This document shows positions 1 through 10,484 of a stretch of 64,000 bases of DNA, piece by piece. Both the position numbers and the translations under genes were made by a program. The notes beneath the pieces were generated by a model. That model saw only the letters and a list, made by a program, of their open reading frames with translations. It did not search any database and was not told where the DNA came from. Source of the stretch: the human T2T-CHM13v2.0 reference genome, Homo sapiens; the NCBI RefSeq assembly GCF_009914755.1, contig NC_060926.1. One strand, written 5' to 3'. The stretch's first letter is position 1; each line of letters begins with the position of its first letter.

Positions 1-569
1 GAACATATGTTTGCATTTCAAAAATTACGTTTGCATTACACAAGAACTATACTTAGTACCAAGCAGTTGAAATCAGCAAATACTTTAATGTGTTATTGAC
101 CGTAAGCCAGATGACTAACTTTGATAATAGACGTGCAAAGAAAGGAAGATTAACAATGTTATTGCTGTTTCATGATGTTAATATTGGATTTCCTTTGGTT
201 CTTATTGTGCTAGAGGTATTTCACAAACACAGTGTCACAACAGTCTGGTCACATCTCTTCTCCCCTCTCAATCAGATTATCCTGACTTCCCTACTTTTTG
301 TCAATTTTATATTGATAAAATATTATCTTAGTTAATCCTTCTCCAAAATATGAAATTGTTGTTAGCCATTATTTCTACTATCCAACCAATAAAGGCTCAA
401 GTTCAAATTTTAGCCTTTAGATATTTTAAAACTATTTAAGCTAGAAAACAACTTCTGATGTATAGTAAATATGTTTGAAGGTATTATCCTTTTGCTATAA
501 TAAATTAAATTAAAAATCCACCCAACTTTCTGATGTGGCAGATAATTTATATGATTATTTTGTTCGTCA

Positions 570-715
570 AAGTAACCTTATAAGATTACCAGTATTACTC
601 TCCATTTTACAAAAGAGAAGTTTAGGGCAAAGAGAGGTTCAGTAATCTCCCTGAGTTCCCAAAACAAGAGGGTGAAGCTGGGACTTAAACCCAGGTCTGC
701 CTGACCCCAAGTGTT
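570..715 (-). mobile_element. MIR SINE fragment
   Basis: MIR core in reverse orientation: ccattttaca...agagaggtt...gctgggacttaaacccaggtctg. Confidence 0.75.
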
Positions 716-1249
716 CTTTGTTTTCTGCAACTCCAGGCTGTCCAGAGCATCCAGACTTTAGAAAGTAATGAGCATATTCATTTCATTTCGTTATATACAA
801 GTTTGTAATGATAACTGTCCAGCCCCGAGTATATAGTATTTCAAACAGCTGATGAATCCAGAGGCCATTCTCCTTTGTAGACAGTCTTCTTCTGGGCAGG
901 AGCATTCTCCTCTTCTCAGGGACCCTATTTCTCCAAAGTTTGGGCAAGCAGAGTCAACTTGAACTCCTCCACCTTCTTTGCTGTGCCTAGCCTTTCCTTC
1001 AATTTAACCTCAGTAGCATTTATGAGCTTAAGAAGGGGAAGCGGGTGGCAGAGTGCTGGCAAAAAGAGAGGAGACTTGGGATGCCTCTGGAAGACATTCT
1101 TGTTTTTAAACAGGCCTACCCATAACTTTTCCCTAACTCAGGACTGCTGTCCCTCAGGAGAGGGATGGGGCTATGTTGGGCTCTGAGAGGTGTAGGGATT
1201 GTTAGAGTCTAAGTGGGGTAGTAGATCACTAAACAGAGGATAACATTGG

Positions 1250-1398
1250 GCTGTGGTGGTGGGAGCTTTGGTTCCTGGGAAGTGGGGGAGCAGGGGTAGG
1301 GCCTGGGATAGGGGTGTGGCTCAGGGCAGGGGTAGAGTCTGGGATGTTGCCTGCGGCAGGGGAAGGGACAAGGACAGGGGTGGGGCTGGGGTGGGGTC
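1250..1398 (+). repeat. G-rich low-complexity tract (G4-prone)
   Basis: More than a dozen G3-G5 runs, ending ggggtggggctggggtgggg. Confidence 0.8.
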
Positions 1399-1825
1399 AG
1401 AACAAGGGTCTGAGAGGAAGGAAAATACAAAGACTGGAGGTGAGAAGTATGTATGCCTCTCCTTCCCAGTGCTTCCCTGGAGAGACTTTCACCCACCACC
1501 CACTGCAGGGCCCTCCCTACACACACAGCCTCTCCTGCAAATGATACTCCAGATCTTCCCATTTAGGAGCTTCCCTCTATAAACTGCTACCCACCCTCTT
1601 CTTTCACTCTCAGTTACAGGTCAAGCCTCTTTCCTAGGAAGCCATTCTTGTTGGGCTGGGCGATAGCGATCACCTTCTCCCTAAGACACTGGCCTATAAA
1701 CTACAGTTCTGTGTTCATATGGATCCTGTGTTCAGGTCATTTATGCCAAACACAAAGCCCAGGAGAATGGAGGCCTGCCTTCATAATGCATACACAGTAA
1801 TTGATGCGTGGAGTGGTGCAGGGGA

Positions 1826-1843
1826 TCTCTCTCTCTCTCTCTC
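1826..1843. repeat. (CT)n microsatellite
   Basis: tctctctctctctctctc read directly. Confidence 0.9.
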
Positions 1844-1914
1844 CTTCCTTGAAAAGGGCTAATACTAGGGAGCTGTAAAATGTCTCTCAAAGACCAGGAC
1901 ACAGAGCTCTAAAC

Positions 1915-2055
1915 CTGGGTTAAACCATGCTTTACTGTGCATAGGAATTGCCCAGTGATCTTGCTAAAATAAAGGTTCTGATCCAATGGGTCTAAGCTGG
2001 AGCCCGAGGATTTCTTCTAGCTGACGTCTATGCTAAAGGCCACATTTTGAGTAGC
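1915..2055. mobile_element. MER5-type hAT-Charlie MITE, diverged
   Basis: cttgctaaaat...ttctgat...gggtct...ggagcccgagg...ccacattttgagtagc resembles MER5A. Confidence 0.55.
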
Positions 2056-3013
2056 TCTGTGTTTGCACCAGTAGCTCCAAGCCCTTAAGCTGACACACCC
2101 ATGGACACACACTCCCACAAGCTCTCAGGATGCATCACCATTGCTGATGCTGAGGCCCTGAGGTTTTCTCTGCATGAAAGGAGTCTGGACTGATGATCTT
2201 TCAGTGACCTAATTGCGCTGGTCAAAGAGAACCTCCTAGAAAAACTCTCACAGTCTCTGCCTTGCTTACTATGCCTCCTCCAGGGTTCTGGAACTCCTCT
2301 CTTGCCCCACTCTCTGCCTGGAAAAAGGTGTTTGTCATGCTCATGGCCTAATAATTGCGCGTTTCCACTGCCTGAGGCTTGGCTTTTGAATTTTTCAGCA
2401 GAGAGAAAAAAAGAAAAAGAAAAAAACCCACAAAAAAACAAGAAACGTGCATTGGGAAATAATTTTCTTGTCGGTGGGTTCTATAAAGGTTATGTACAAC
2501 AACAGATATATCACATAGATACTCCGAGTAAAAAAAGAGACATGCTTCTTCCATTGCTGACCTCATTGCTGGGAAGTGATGGTGACTAGTGACCCTTGGT
2601 GGCCCTTCCCATTGGACTCAGCGCTCTCTCTATGGCCATAATTAATTCTATGCCCCGAACTGAAATGACAATCATTTTTTAATTCTGTTTTACATAGGCA
2701 CCTCTGGGGAGTCCACCTAAAAGCTCTAATTTTCTAGTTCAATTGTAGCACTATTCTTTGAGAGGCATTGACTGCAGAGATGCTAAAAGGATGCCAGTTC
2801 AGTGAATTATTGAGTTTTAGCCAGAATCATAGGCTTATATGGATTCAGGTAGCGCTCGCTGAAATATAATGCAGGCCTCCCTTTTGCCCTGGACCTCTAT
2901 GTTCATAGGAAGAAGAAGAAGGAGCTTGGGTGGGAGTGACCTATTACAAAAATCAATGAGCTTGGCAGCTCCGCTGTCTGCCTGCAGTACCTGGCTGTCC
3001 TCAGATACAGTCA

Positions 3014-3026
3014 CAGCTGTCAATCA
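3014..3026 (-). promoter_or_regulatory. Candidate PBX-MEIS/PREP decamer (TGATTGACAG) overlapping an E-box (CAGCTG)
   Basis: cagctgtcaatca: exact decamer on the minus strand at 3017-3026 and CAGCTG at 3014-3019; function untested. Confidence 0.45.
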
Positions 3027-3680
3027 GCTCTGAGCAGACCTTGGCTGCCCATCTCCTCATCCTTCCCCAAGCTCCTGGCTGTGGGAATGGAAACCAAGGC
3101 AGTTTTCTACTTATTTAAATATGTCATTCAAGATTCTTTGTATAAAAGAGTTTCAACAACATTAAATCTCTTAATCTCCTATTTAAAATGACGATGGAGA
3201 TTTCAGAGCAGCAATTTTGAGGCCAGTTGAATTTCCAGACGTGCGTGAGCACACAGTGTAACTGGAGAGCCCGTCAGGTACCTGGAGCTGCTAGTTGGAT
3301 GAGAATATAACTTTCTGGCCTGAGCGTAGCCCCTGGGTAGGTTTTGCTTTTACTTCAGCCCTCAGAAGAATGAAAATGTCTAGCAATGTCTTTCCGGTGA
3401 TGTGTGTGCTGGGCATCCTACTTGGATCTTTTAGATTTTATAGAATGTTTACCTGTGCCTCAGTTTGGGTTATTTATTCTAACAATAAATAAAATAGTAA
3501 ACTTTGACTTCTAGGTAGGTGAGTGAATCAGGAAACAAATATGAAAATAAACAAATGCATAGCCTTAAGCAGGAAGGGAGCAGCTGGCAACTGGAAATGA
3601 AAACAACAGGATGAAGCTTGGATAGCTATCAGGGAAGTGAAATGCCCATATAAGTGCCCACCAAGCTAGGAGTCAGGCTG

Positions 3681-3699
3681 CAGCCAGGAGGGGGCGCCA
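3681..3699 (+). promoter_or_regulatory. Candidate CTCF site
   Basis: CAGCCAGGAGGGGGCGCCA versus core CCASYAGRKGGCRS: one deviation, CpG retained. Confidence 0.55.
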
Positions 3700-3855
3700 G
3701 AGCTGGGAGCAAGGGCATCTGCAGGGAGAGGAGAAGAAGGAGGGAGCTGCCCTTAGCTGGCTCTGGTGGTGTAAGGATGAATTTTGACTGACAAAGACCT
3801 GCCTCAGGGAAATAAGGGGTCTGGAAGAGGTCATAGCCATCTAGTCCATTCATAT

Positions 3856-4231
3856 TGCTGGAGTCTGAAGGTTGCTGTCGCCCTCAAAATTCCTATGTTG
3901 AAATCTAACCTTCAATGTGATGATATTAGGAGGTGGGGCTTTGGGGAAGTGATTAGGTTAAGAGGGTGGCACCCTCATGAATGGAATTAGTGCCCTTATA
4001 AAAGGGGCCCCAGAGAGCTCCCTTGCCACTTCCACCCTGTGAAGACACAGACAGCGGGTACATCTATGAAACAGGAAGCGGGGCCTTACCAGACACCAAA
4101 TAGACGCCAAATCTGCTGGCACCTTGACTTTGGACTTACCAGTCTCCAAAACTGTGGGGAATAAGTTTATCTTTTTTTTAAGTGAACCACTGTATGGTGT
4201 TTTGTTACAGCAGCCCAAATAGACTAAGACA
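3856..4231 (+). mobile_element. MLT1A-like MaLR solo LTR
   Basis: caaaattcctatgttgaaatc..., aggtggggctttgggg, gactaagaca 3' end. Confidence 0.9.
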
Positions 4232-4479
4232 TGCTTAGATCCACAGGGAGATTTCATGAGTTTTCAGAATTGGGTAATGATGTTCTACCATATTCATGTC
4301 TCTCCTTCTCAGTGCTCCTGGGAAAGGAGCAGGAGAAATGCAGCGTGGCTTTGCAGTCCAGGCTCACCTTGTGCATGCAGAATGACCCAGATAAAGCGTT
4401 CACATGGTAACAGAGACACTATGTGCACAACACTTAGCACAGCATGTGACCACTAGTCAATAAACATTAGTTTCTGCTG

Positions 4480-5030
4480 CTCATTTATCCATTTGGTAAA
4501 CATGGATCGGGGCCCACCCTGTGCTCGGAACTGGGGTTACGAAGGGAAAAAACAAAGTGTGTTCTCTGCCCTTTGGGAGCTCAAAAGGTTATATAAACAC
4601 TATCCCAGTGCAATGAGGTAAGTGGTCAAACGGGTAATAAACAGAGAGTTTATGTTGTGGAAACATGGCAGAGGGAAGACTGACTGCCTCAAGAGGTCAG
4701 GAAAGGCTTCTAGGAGGAGGTTACATTTGAGCTTGTTCACAAAGGATAAATGGGTCTATATAAAGTCAGTGAAGAAAAGGGCAATCTGGTCTTTGGAGGG
4801 CACTCCAGGATAGCATGTTAGCATGGGAGAATGCCCTTGAAAGTCAGAAGTTCTGGTTTTGTGGCCAGCCAGACATTTGCGATTGTTGATGGGAAGGTGC
4901 ACAGAGGTAATGCTGGGAGAGAAAGTTGAAAAGCAATTCAGAAGAGCCTTGGAGCCCTAACAAGTTGTTTTGACTTTATCCTGCAGTCCATGGGAAGTCA
5001 AGTGGGGGGGTCCATAAGGAGGGTGTGACC
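4480..5030 (-). mobile_element. L2 LINE 3' fragment
   Basis: tcatttatccatt...ctctgccctttgggagctca...gtcaggaaaggctt...gactttatcctgcag. Confidence 0.65.
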
Positions 5031-6611
5031 ACACCTTGTTTCAATATATCCTGTGGTCAATGGGAAGCTGGGGGGAGGGTCTGTAAGGACAGTGTGACAC
5101 AGCTGGTCTCAGTATACCTCAGTGTCTTCATCAGTGTGACTGACAGAGACACTCTGGGAAGTTGTTAGTCATTGTCCCTGCAGTCTTAACAGATCGATCC
5201 TGCTGAAAATACACCTACCTGTTCACCAGGTGTCTGGAGAGAGACAAACTTGCTCCTTTCAGGGCACCAGGCTGAGAGCAGTGTGCTGCCTTACCATTTT
5301 ATATCACTAAGCCATGCTCAGTAACTCATGCAGCAGCTGCCCTCAAATGTGTCCCATCATCGAAATCAAGTGTAGGAACCGAAGATTTTATTTCTCGGTA
5401 GTTAGCATTTGTTCTTCCCTAGTTGAGACTCTACAGCCAAAAGTGTGTTCCTCACTTTACCACATCCTGGCTGTGGCCTTTGATCAGGCTGCTGCCTATT
5501 TCTCTGAGTCATTCATGGTCTGAGGGCCAGAATAACACATTAGGCATGGCTATCAAGAATCTGTCCCAGCCCTGCTGCCTCCACAGTCCATGAGCCTAAA
5601 GTCGTTCATCAAAACAACCCTTTGGCAGGCTTAGTGATGCTATCTTGTCAAGCTCGAAGCAGGGGCAGTTGACAAAATAAAGATGAAACCAGTGCCCATG
5701 TGTGAATTAGTCCATACACTTTTTGGTATCTTAAGCCCGTTTCCTTCCAGACTTTTCTTGTTCTTTACTTATAAATTGAGGTGGCTGGACGAGGTGACCT
5801 TTAAGGCACCTTCCTCTCCAGATTTCTAGGGCTTGCTGAAGCTCAGTTTCACCTGAAGTCACCGTAGTAGATCCTCATTACTCCCGTGGATGTGCAACAC
5901 CAAGAGGTGGCTGACAACATCAAAACCCACTTATGGAAAATTCTGGCCATGCTGGCAACTGCTGAAAGGCTTAGGACACCCAGAGGCTGAGGGCTATGGG
6001 CCAGGGCATTCAGCCACCCCTGACATCACAGGGCTGCAGCCTGGATTAGTGCAGTGCGGAGCACACTGCAGGGACAGGGAAAGGACATGTATGGGTCACC
6101 TCTGAGAAATGAAGCCAGCATGGCAGGAGGTCAGGGCTTAAGAGCACGGAGGGATTTGGTGCATTCAGTGATTTGTTTAAACTGCCTTCAGACAAAGAGA
6201 GAGAGAAAGGGAGAAAATAGTAAAGAGAGAGATATTGAGAGAGAGATTTTAAATAATGACCAAGAATCAAGATTCCAGCAGCAGAATAGATGTTTAGGCG
6301 ACCAAAGGGCCGGGGAGACATTAATCAAGCCAATTCCCAAGAAGAGTTGGCTAATGTCATTACTGTTTTCACCTGAGGAGTTTCATACATTTCAAACATT
6401 GTACACCAAATAATAGTGACTATTAAGTTTTAGTTACTGTTTTAAGCATTTTATGGGTAAAAACAGTGTGCAAAATCTTAGGTAATACTTGGGGATATAA
6501 AGGAACAGAAAGAACATTACATTTGCCTGAGGCCACACAACCGGTGAGTGGAGAAATCAGAATTGAAAGCCTTCATAGCACACCATAGCAAGTGTGGTGC
6601 CAGTGCCTATT

Positions 6612-6726
6612 TTCCTGACCCCTGCATGATTCTGCTGGTTCTCCTGACCCCTGCGTGATTCTGCTGGTTCTCCTCATCCCTGTGTGATTCTGCTGGTTCT
6701 CCTCATCCCTGTGTGATTCTGCTGGT
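6612..6726. repeat. 29-bp minisatellite, 4 copies
   Basis: Unit ctcctgacccctgcgtgattctgctggtt / ctcctcatccctgtgtgattctgctggtt. Confidence 0.95.
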
Positions 6727-6834
6727 ATTAGTCTCTCAAGGCTGCTGTAACAGATTACCACAAACTTAAGTGGCTTCAAAGAGCATAAATTTGCTTTCTT
6801 ATTGTTCTGGAGGTCAGAAGTCTGAATTGGGTTT

Positions 6835-7096
6835 AATAAAACCCATAAAACTTTATAGTTTAATAAAACTGTAATTGCAAATATAGTGCTTTGCTGAGTT
6901 CTTTGAGTTACTCTAGTAAATTATCAAATTTGAGGGGGGTCATGGATGCCCCTGGATTTGTAGCCAGTTAGTCTGAACTGAGGGCAGTCTTCTTTTGTCT
7001 TCTTGTGGACCACGCCCTTTAAGTTGTGGGGTCTGCCCTAACTCCGGGTTGTTAGTGGCAGAATTGAATTGTAGTCTACCAGTTGATGTCATAATA
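6835..7096 (+). mobile_element. MER21-like LTR 3' part
   Basis: aataaaactgtaa...ctgagttctttgag...gagggggtcatgg...gtggggtctgccctaactcc...agaattgaattgtag. Confidence 0.65.
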
Positions 7097-7470
7097 TTCC
7101 CCGCGTTGTTAGTGACAGAATTACTGTCCTAACTCCAGGTTGTTAGTGGCAGAATTCAATTGTAGTCTACCAGTTGATGTCATAATACTGCCCTAACTCC
7201 AGGTTGTTAGTGGCAGAACTGAATTGTAGTGGACCAGTTGATGTCATAATATTCCCCGCGTTGTAAGTGACAGAATTACTGTCCTAACTCCAGGTTGTTA
7301 GTGGCAGAATTCAATTGTAGTCTACCAGTTGATGTCATAATACTGCCCTAACTCCAGGTTGTTAGTGGCAGAACTGAATTGTAGTGGACCAGTTGATGTC
7401 ATAATACTGCCATAACTCCAGGTTGTTAGTGCCCGAATTGAACTGTAGTGGACCAGTTGATGTCATAATA
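7033..7470. repeat. Compound minisatellite: six 64-bp units plus two 27-bp units (A-B-A-A-B-A-A-A)
   Basis: A=ctgccctaactccaggttgttagtggcagaa(c/t)tgaattgtagt(ct/gg)accagttgatgtcataata; B=ttccccgcgttgt(t/a)agtgacagaatta. Confidence 0.95.
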
Positions 7471-7897
7471 CTCCCCATCTATACTCCCCATGTCAACATC
7501 CTTAACTTTTCACATCTACAAAACCCCTTTTGCCATGTAAGGTAAAACAGTCACAGGTTCTGGGGACCAGAATGTGGACATCTTTGGGAGCATTTATTCT
7601 GCCTATCACACTGTTTCAAGCATTTATACTTTGTTAGAGGACCTACCATCTGGTGGGTTAGATATCACAGTCAGAAGCCGCCAGTTGAGCAGGAAGCGGC
7701 AGAGAGGTTTTGAAGCTATCCTCTAAGCTGACAAACCCTGGAAGAGGAATCAGGAGGCTTTTTAGCCCTGCTCCTCCAAGGACATATGAGGCTTCAAGGG
7801 CACATTGTCTGACCACTTTGGCCTGAGTGTCCTCATATAAAAATGGGAATAAATATCCCCTGCTTAGCACTGAACAAAATTCTGTATGTAGTTAATG

Positions 7898-7900
<3 letters not shown>

Positions 7901-7950
<50 letters not shown>

Positions 7951-8008
7951 AATATATATAAAATTCTGTAGGTATATATATATACACACACACACACACG
8001 TATATATT
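7901..8008. repeat. (TA)n followed by (TA)n(CA)n compound microsatellite
   Basis: About 23 uninterrupted TA units from 7901, then a short TA/CA run. Confidence 0.95.
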
Positions 8009-8119
8009 AATTTGTAAATGATTAAAATGTATTCTTATTTCATATTCTTATTCTGCCAAGTAGTAAGTACAGAAGTTGGTTGGACCTTTATTAGTTTCAG
8101 ATTTATTTAATAAATGCGC

Positions 8120-8315
8120 TAGCCTTTGACAAACACTCATAGATTTAATTATTATAACATCCTTCTTACACGGAACTATCCCCACTAGATAAGAAAATGG
8201 AGGCACAGAGGGGTTAAGTCACTTGCCCAGTGTCACATATCACATAGTTGGTAAGTGGCAGAACCAAGACCCAAATGCAGCCAGTCTGACTGCAGAGTCC
8301 AGTCCCTTAGCTGCT
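8120..8315 (-). mobile_element. MIR SINE
   Basis: agataagaaaatggaggcacagagggttaagtcacttgcccag...cagaaccaagacccaaa. Confidence 0.85.
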
Positions 8316-8779
8316 CCATGCTGCCTGACCAGGTGGCAGATAAAGAGGATGCAGTACAAAGAGAATGTGCTTTTGTTCTATCAACTCCTAACCCAGCATC
8401 AGGGAATTACTTGGGAAGATCTATAGCATCAGGATCTCCAGCAGCACATGCCAGGAACCCAAAAGGCACCCTCCAGGACCATGAGCCTGCCCTGGACACT
8501 GCATGTCACATAAGTTAGGTGGCTGTAACCTCAGATTGCTGGGCACTTTCACATTCACAATAAATGCACATGAAAGCTGATAAAGTAGTTTTTCCCAGAT
8601 GTCAGGTCATCCCCCTCTCCTATGCTCCTTCCGTAACTGTCCTGTGAAGTGGCGTATCCCAAGTTTCAGAAGGTTTTGGCTTCTAATATTTGAATTATTT
8701 TTTCTTCTAGTTAATTGAAATGCCACCAGAAAAAGAAACAAAACATTGACATCTACTTGCTTAGAGTCTCAATTTGTCT

Positions 8780-8920
8780 ATTTATCAATGATCTAAGCTT
8801 GGACATGACTGAGCTTCAGTTTCCTCATGGTCAAATAGGGTAACAAGCTGTTGGCAGGACTGATTGGAATGACATATTTAGCAGTTCTTACGTAGAGCCC
8901 AGCTATGTTGGAGATCACCA
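8780..8920 (+). mobile_element. MIR fragment
   Basis: ctgagcttcagtttcctcat...aaatagggtaac. Confidence 0.6.
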
Positions 8921-9229
8921 ACTCCTGCTTTTGACCCCTCTCTTCTTGCCTCATTGATCCCTACTCTGCTGGGCACTCACCTTCTTCCTTTCAGTGCTGC
9001 TATTTACAAGCCTTGACCTTGCTCCCTCCAAATCACTGGGGCCATTCACTTCTCACCCCTCTCCAATCTGGCTTCTTGCTGGCTGTTCCTCTGAAACCTG
9101 GTCTGCATTCCACCAGCAGCTTCCTAGTTACCAAAGCTATTGTCTCTCTTTGGTCTGGAACCTGTTTACCCTTTTGGAAACATCTGGCCCCTAAACAACA
9201 AACAACTACAGTTGCTTGCAGTCTACAAT

Positions 9230-10070
9230 CCACCCACTTCCTGTGTGATTACTCTCCTGACCTTTAAACGGCTTCCTGTGGTGTGGGCTGTGCTCTGTCC
9301 TCCTGCCTTTCTTCCTGCATCTCTACTTCTGATGAGTCCCTTTCACTGGCTCCTCTTGACCCTTAAACATACAGATGTTCATCGAAGTTCTGCTCTCTGT
9401 ACTATTCTTTGTTATACTCTCTTCATTCTTGCCCATAGCTTCCACTTCACCCATGTCCTGCTCTATGCCTGTCATTCCACAATCAAAATGTTTTATGCCA
9501 AGTACATCTCCTCTGATCTCAAGATCTGTATTCCCAGTTCCTAAACACTGAAGCGCTATACATGACGGCGCTGTGAACATGCCCACACTCTGATCATTAT
9601 CTCCATGCTGCCCCCGAAAGAGGTGCTTGATTTGACTTTTCCTTGGTAAATAGGCCATTTGTCCCATCTCCTTCTCAGCAAGGCTTTCCTGAGAAAAGTC
9701 CTCCTCCTTCTTCCATCAACAACTCAGAAGAAATCGCTCCCTCCAGTGAGTTTGTACCATATTTTGCTCACACATCTAGAGTAATTGGCAGGCTAAGTTT
9801 TAATTTGTTATCTAGGAACTGATTCCCTCTTTCTAGATAGTAAGCTCCCTGTGGGCAGAGGGAGGGCATTATTTACCCAGGAAGGATCTGAGTAACTTCA
9901 TAGCCCTCAGCACCCATTTGGATACTCCAATTATTCACCTTTCCCCTATGTAGCTGATTTCACCCAAGAGTCTATAAATTTATTGAAGCAAAGATGCAGT
10001 CTGTGTATTTCTGTATAGTCAATAGTATTTTTTTGTAATAGTAGACACAAAAAATGCCCTGTTGAATAAA
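9230..10070 (+). mobile_element. L2 fragments
   Basis: Pyrimidine-rich L2 3' region; agatagtaagctccctgtgggcag; tgttgaataaa end. Confidence 0.55.
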
Positions 10071-10094
10071 ATTATTTTTAGCTCCTTTAATAGC

Positions 10095-10484
10095 TGTTAT
10101 GGGCTGAATTGTGTCTTCATACCTAAATTCAGATGTTGAAGTCCCAACCCCCGTATCTCAGAAAGTGACTATATCTGGAAACAGGATCTTTAAAAAGGTA
10201 AATTTAAATTAAGGTAAAATGAAGTCATATGGATAGACCTTAATCAAATATGAGTGGCATCCTTGTAAGAAGAGGAGATTAGGACACAGAAACACACAGC
10301 CTGAGGGACACCTACATGCTAGAACACAGTGACAAGGCAGCATTTGCAAGCCAAGGAGAGAGGCCTCAGAAGAAATTCATCCTGCTGACACTGCAATCTT
10401 GGACTTCCAGCCTCCAGAACTGTACATCTCTGTTGTTTAAGTCACCCAGACTTGGCATTTTTGATACGGTAACAAATTAATACA
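10095..10484 (+). mobile_element. MLT1B-like MaLR solo LTR
   Basis: tgttatgggctgaattgtgtc...caagccaaggagagaggcctcagaagaa...aattaataca; approximate 5-bp TSD atagc/ctagc. Confidence 0.9.

Larger units (their letters stand above)
6725..7610 (-). mobile_element. MLT1-family MaLR LTR, interrupted by an ERV LTR fragment and a tandem array
   Basis: gtattagtct...gctgctgtaacagattaccacaaactt...tctggaggtcagaagtctgaa (6725-6830) resumes at ~7480 with ttttgccatgtaaggtaa...tctgcctatcaca. Confidence 0.85.

Noticed and set aside
1209-1582. Pro-rich (117 aa, minus) and Gly/Arg-rich (109 aa, plus) ORFs
   Set aside because: By-products of a G-rich low-complexity tract; no recognisable domain or exon structure
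7033-7470. CRISPR-like repeat-spacer appearance
   Set aside because: The intervening 27-mers are copies of each other and derive from the repeat unit; there are no cas genes and the context is primate DNA
9140-9667. Overlapping 134-aa and 114-aa ORFs
   Set aside because: Lie in degenerate L2-like sequence; no recognisable homology
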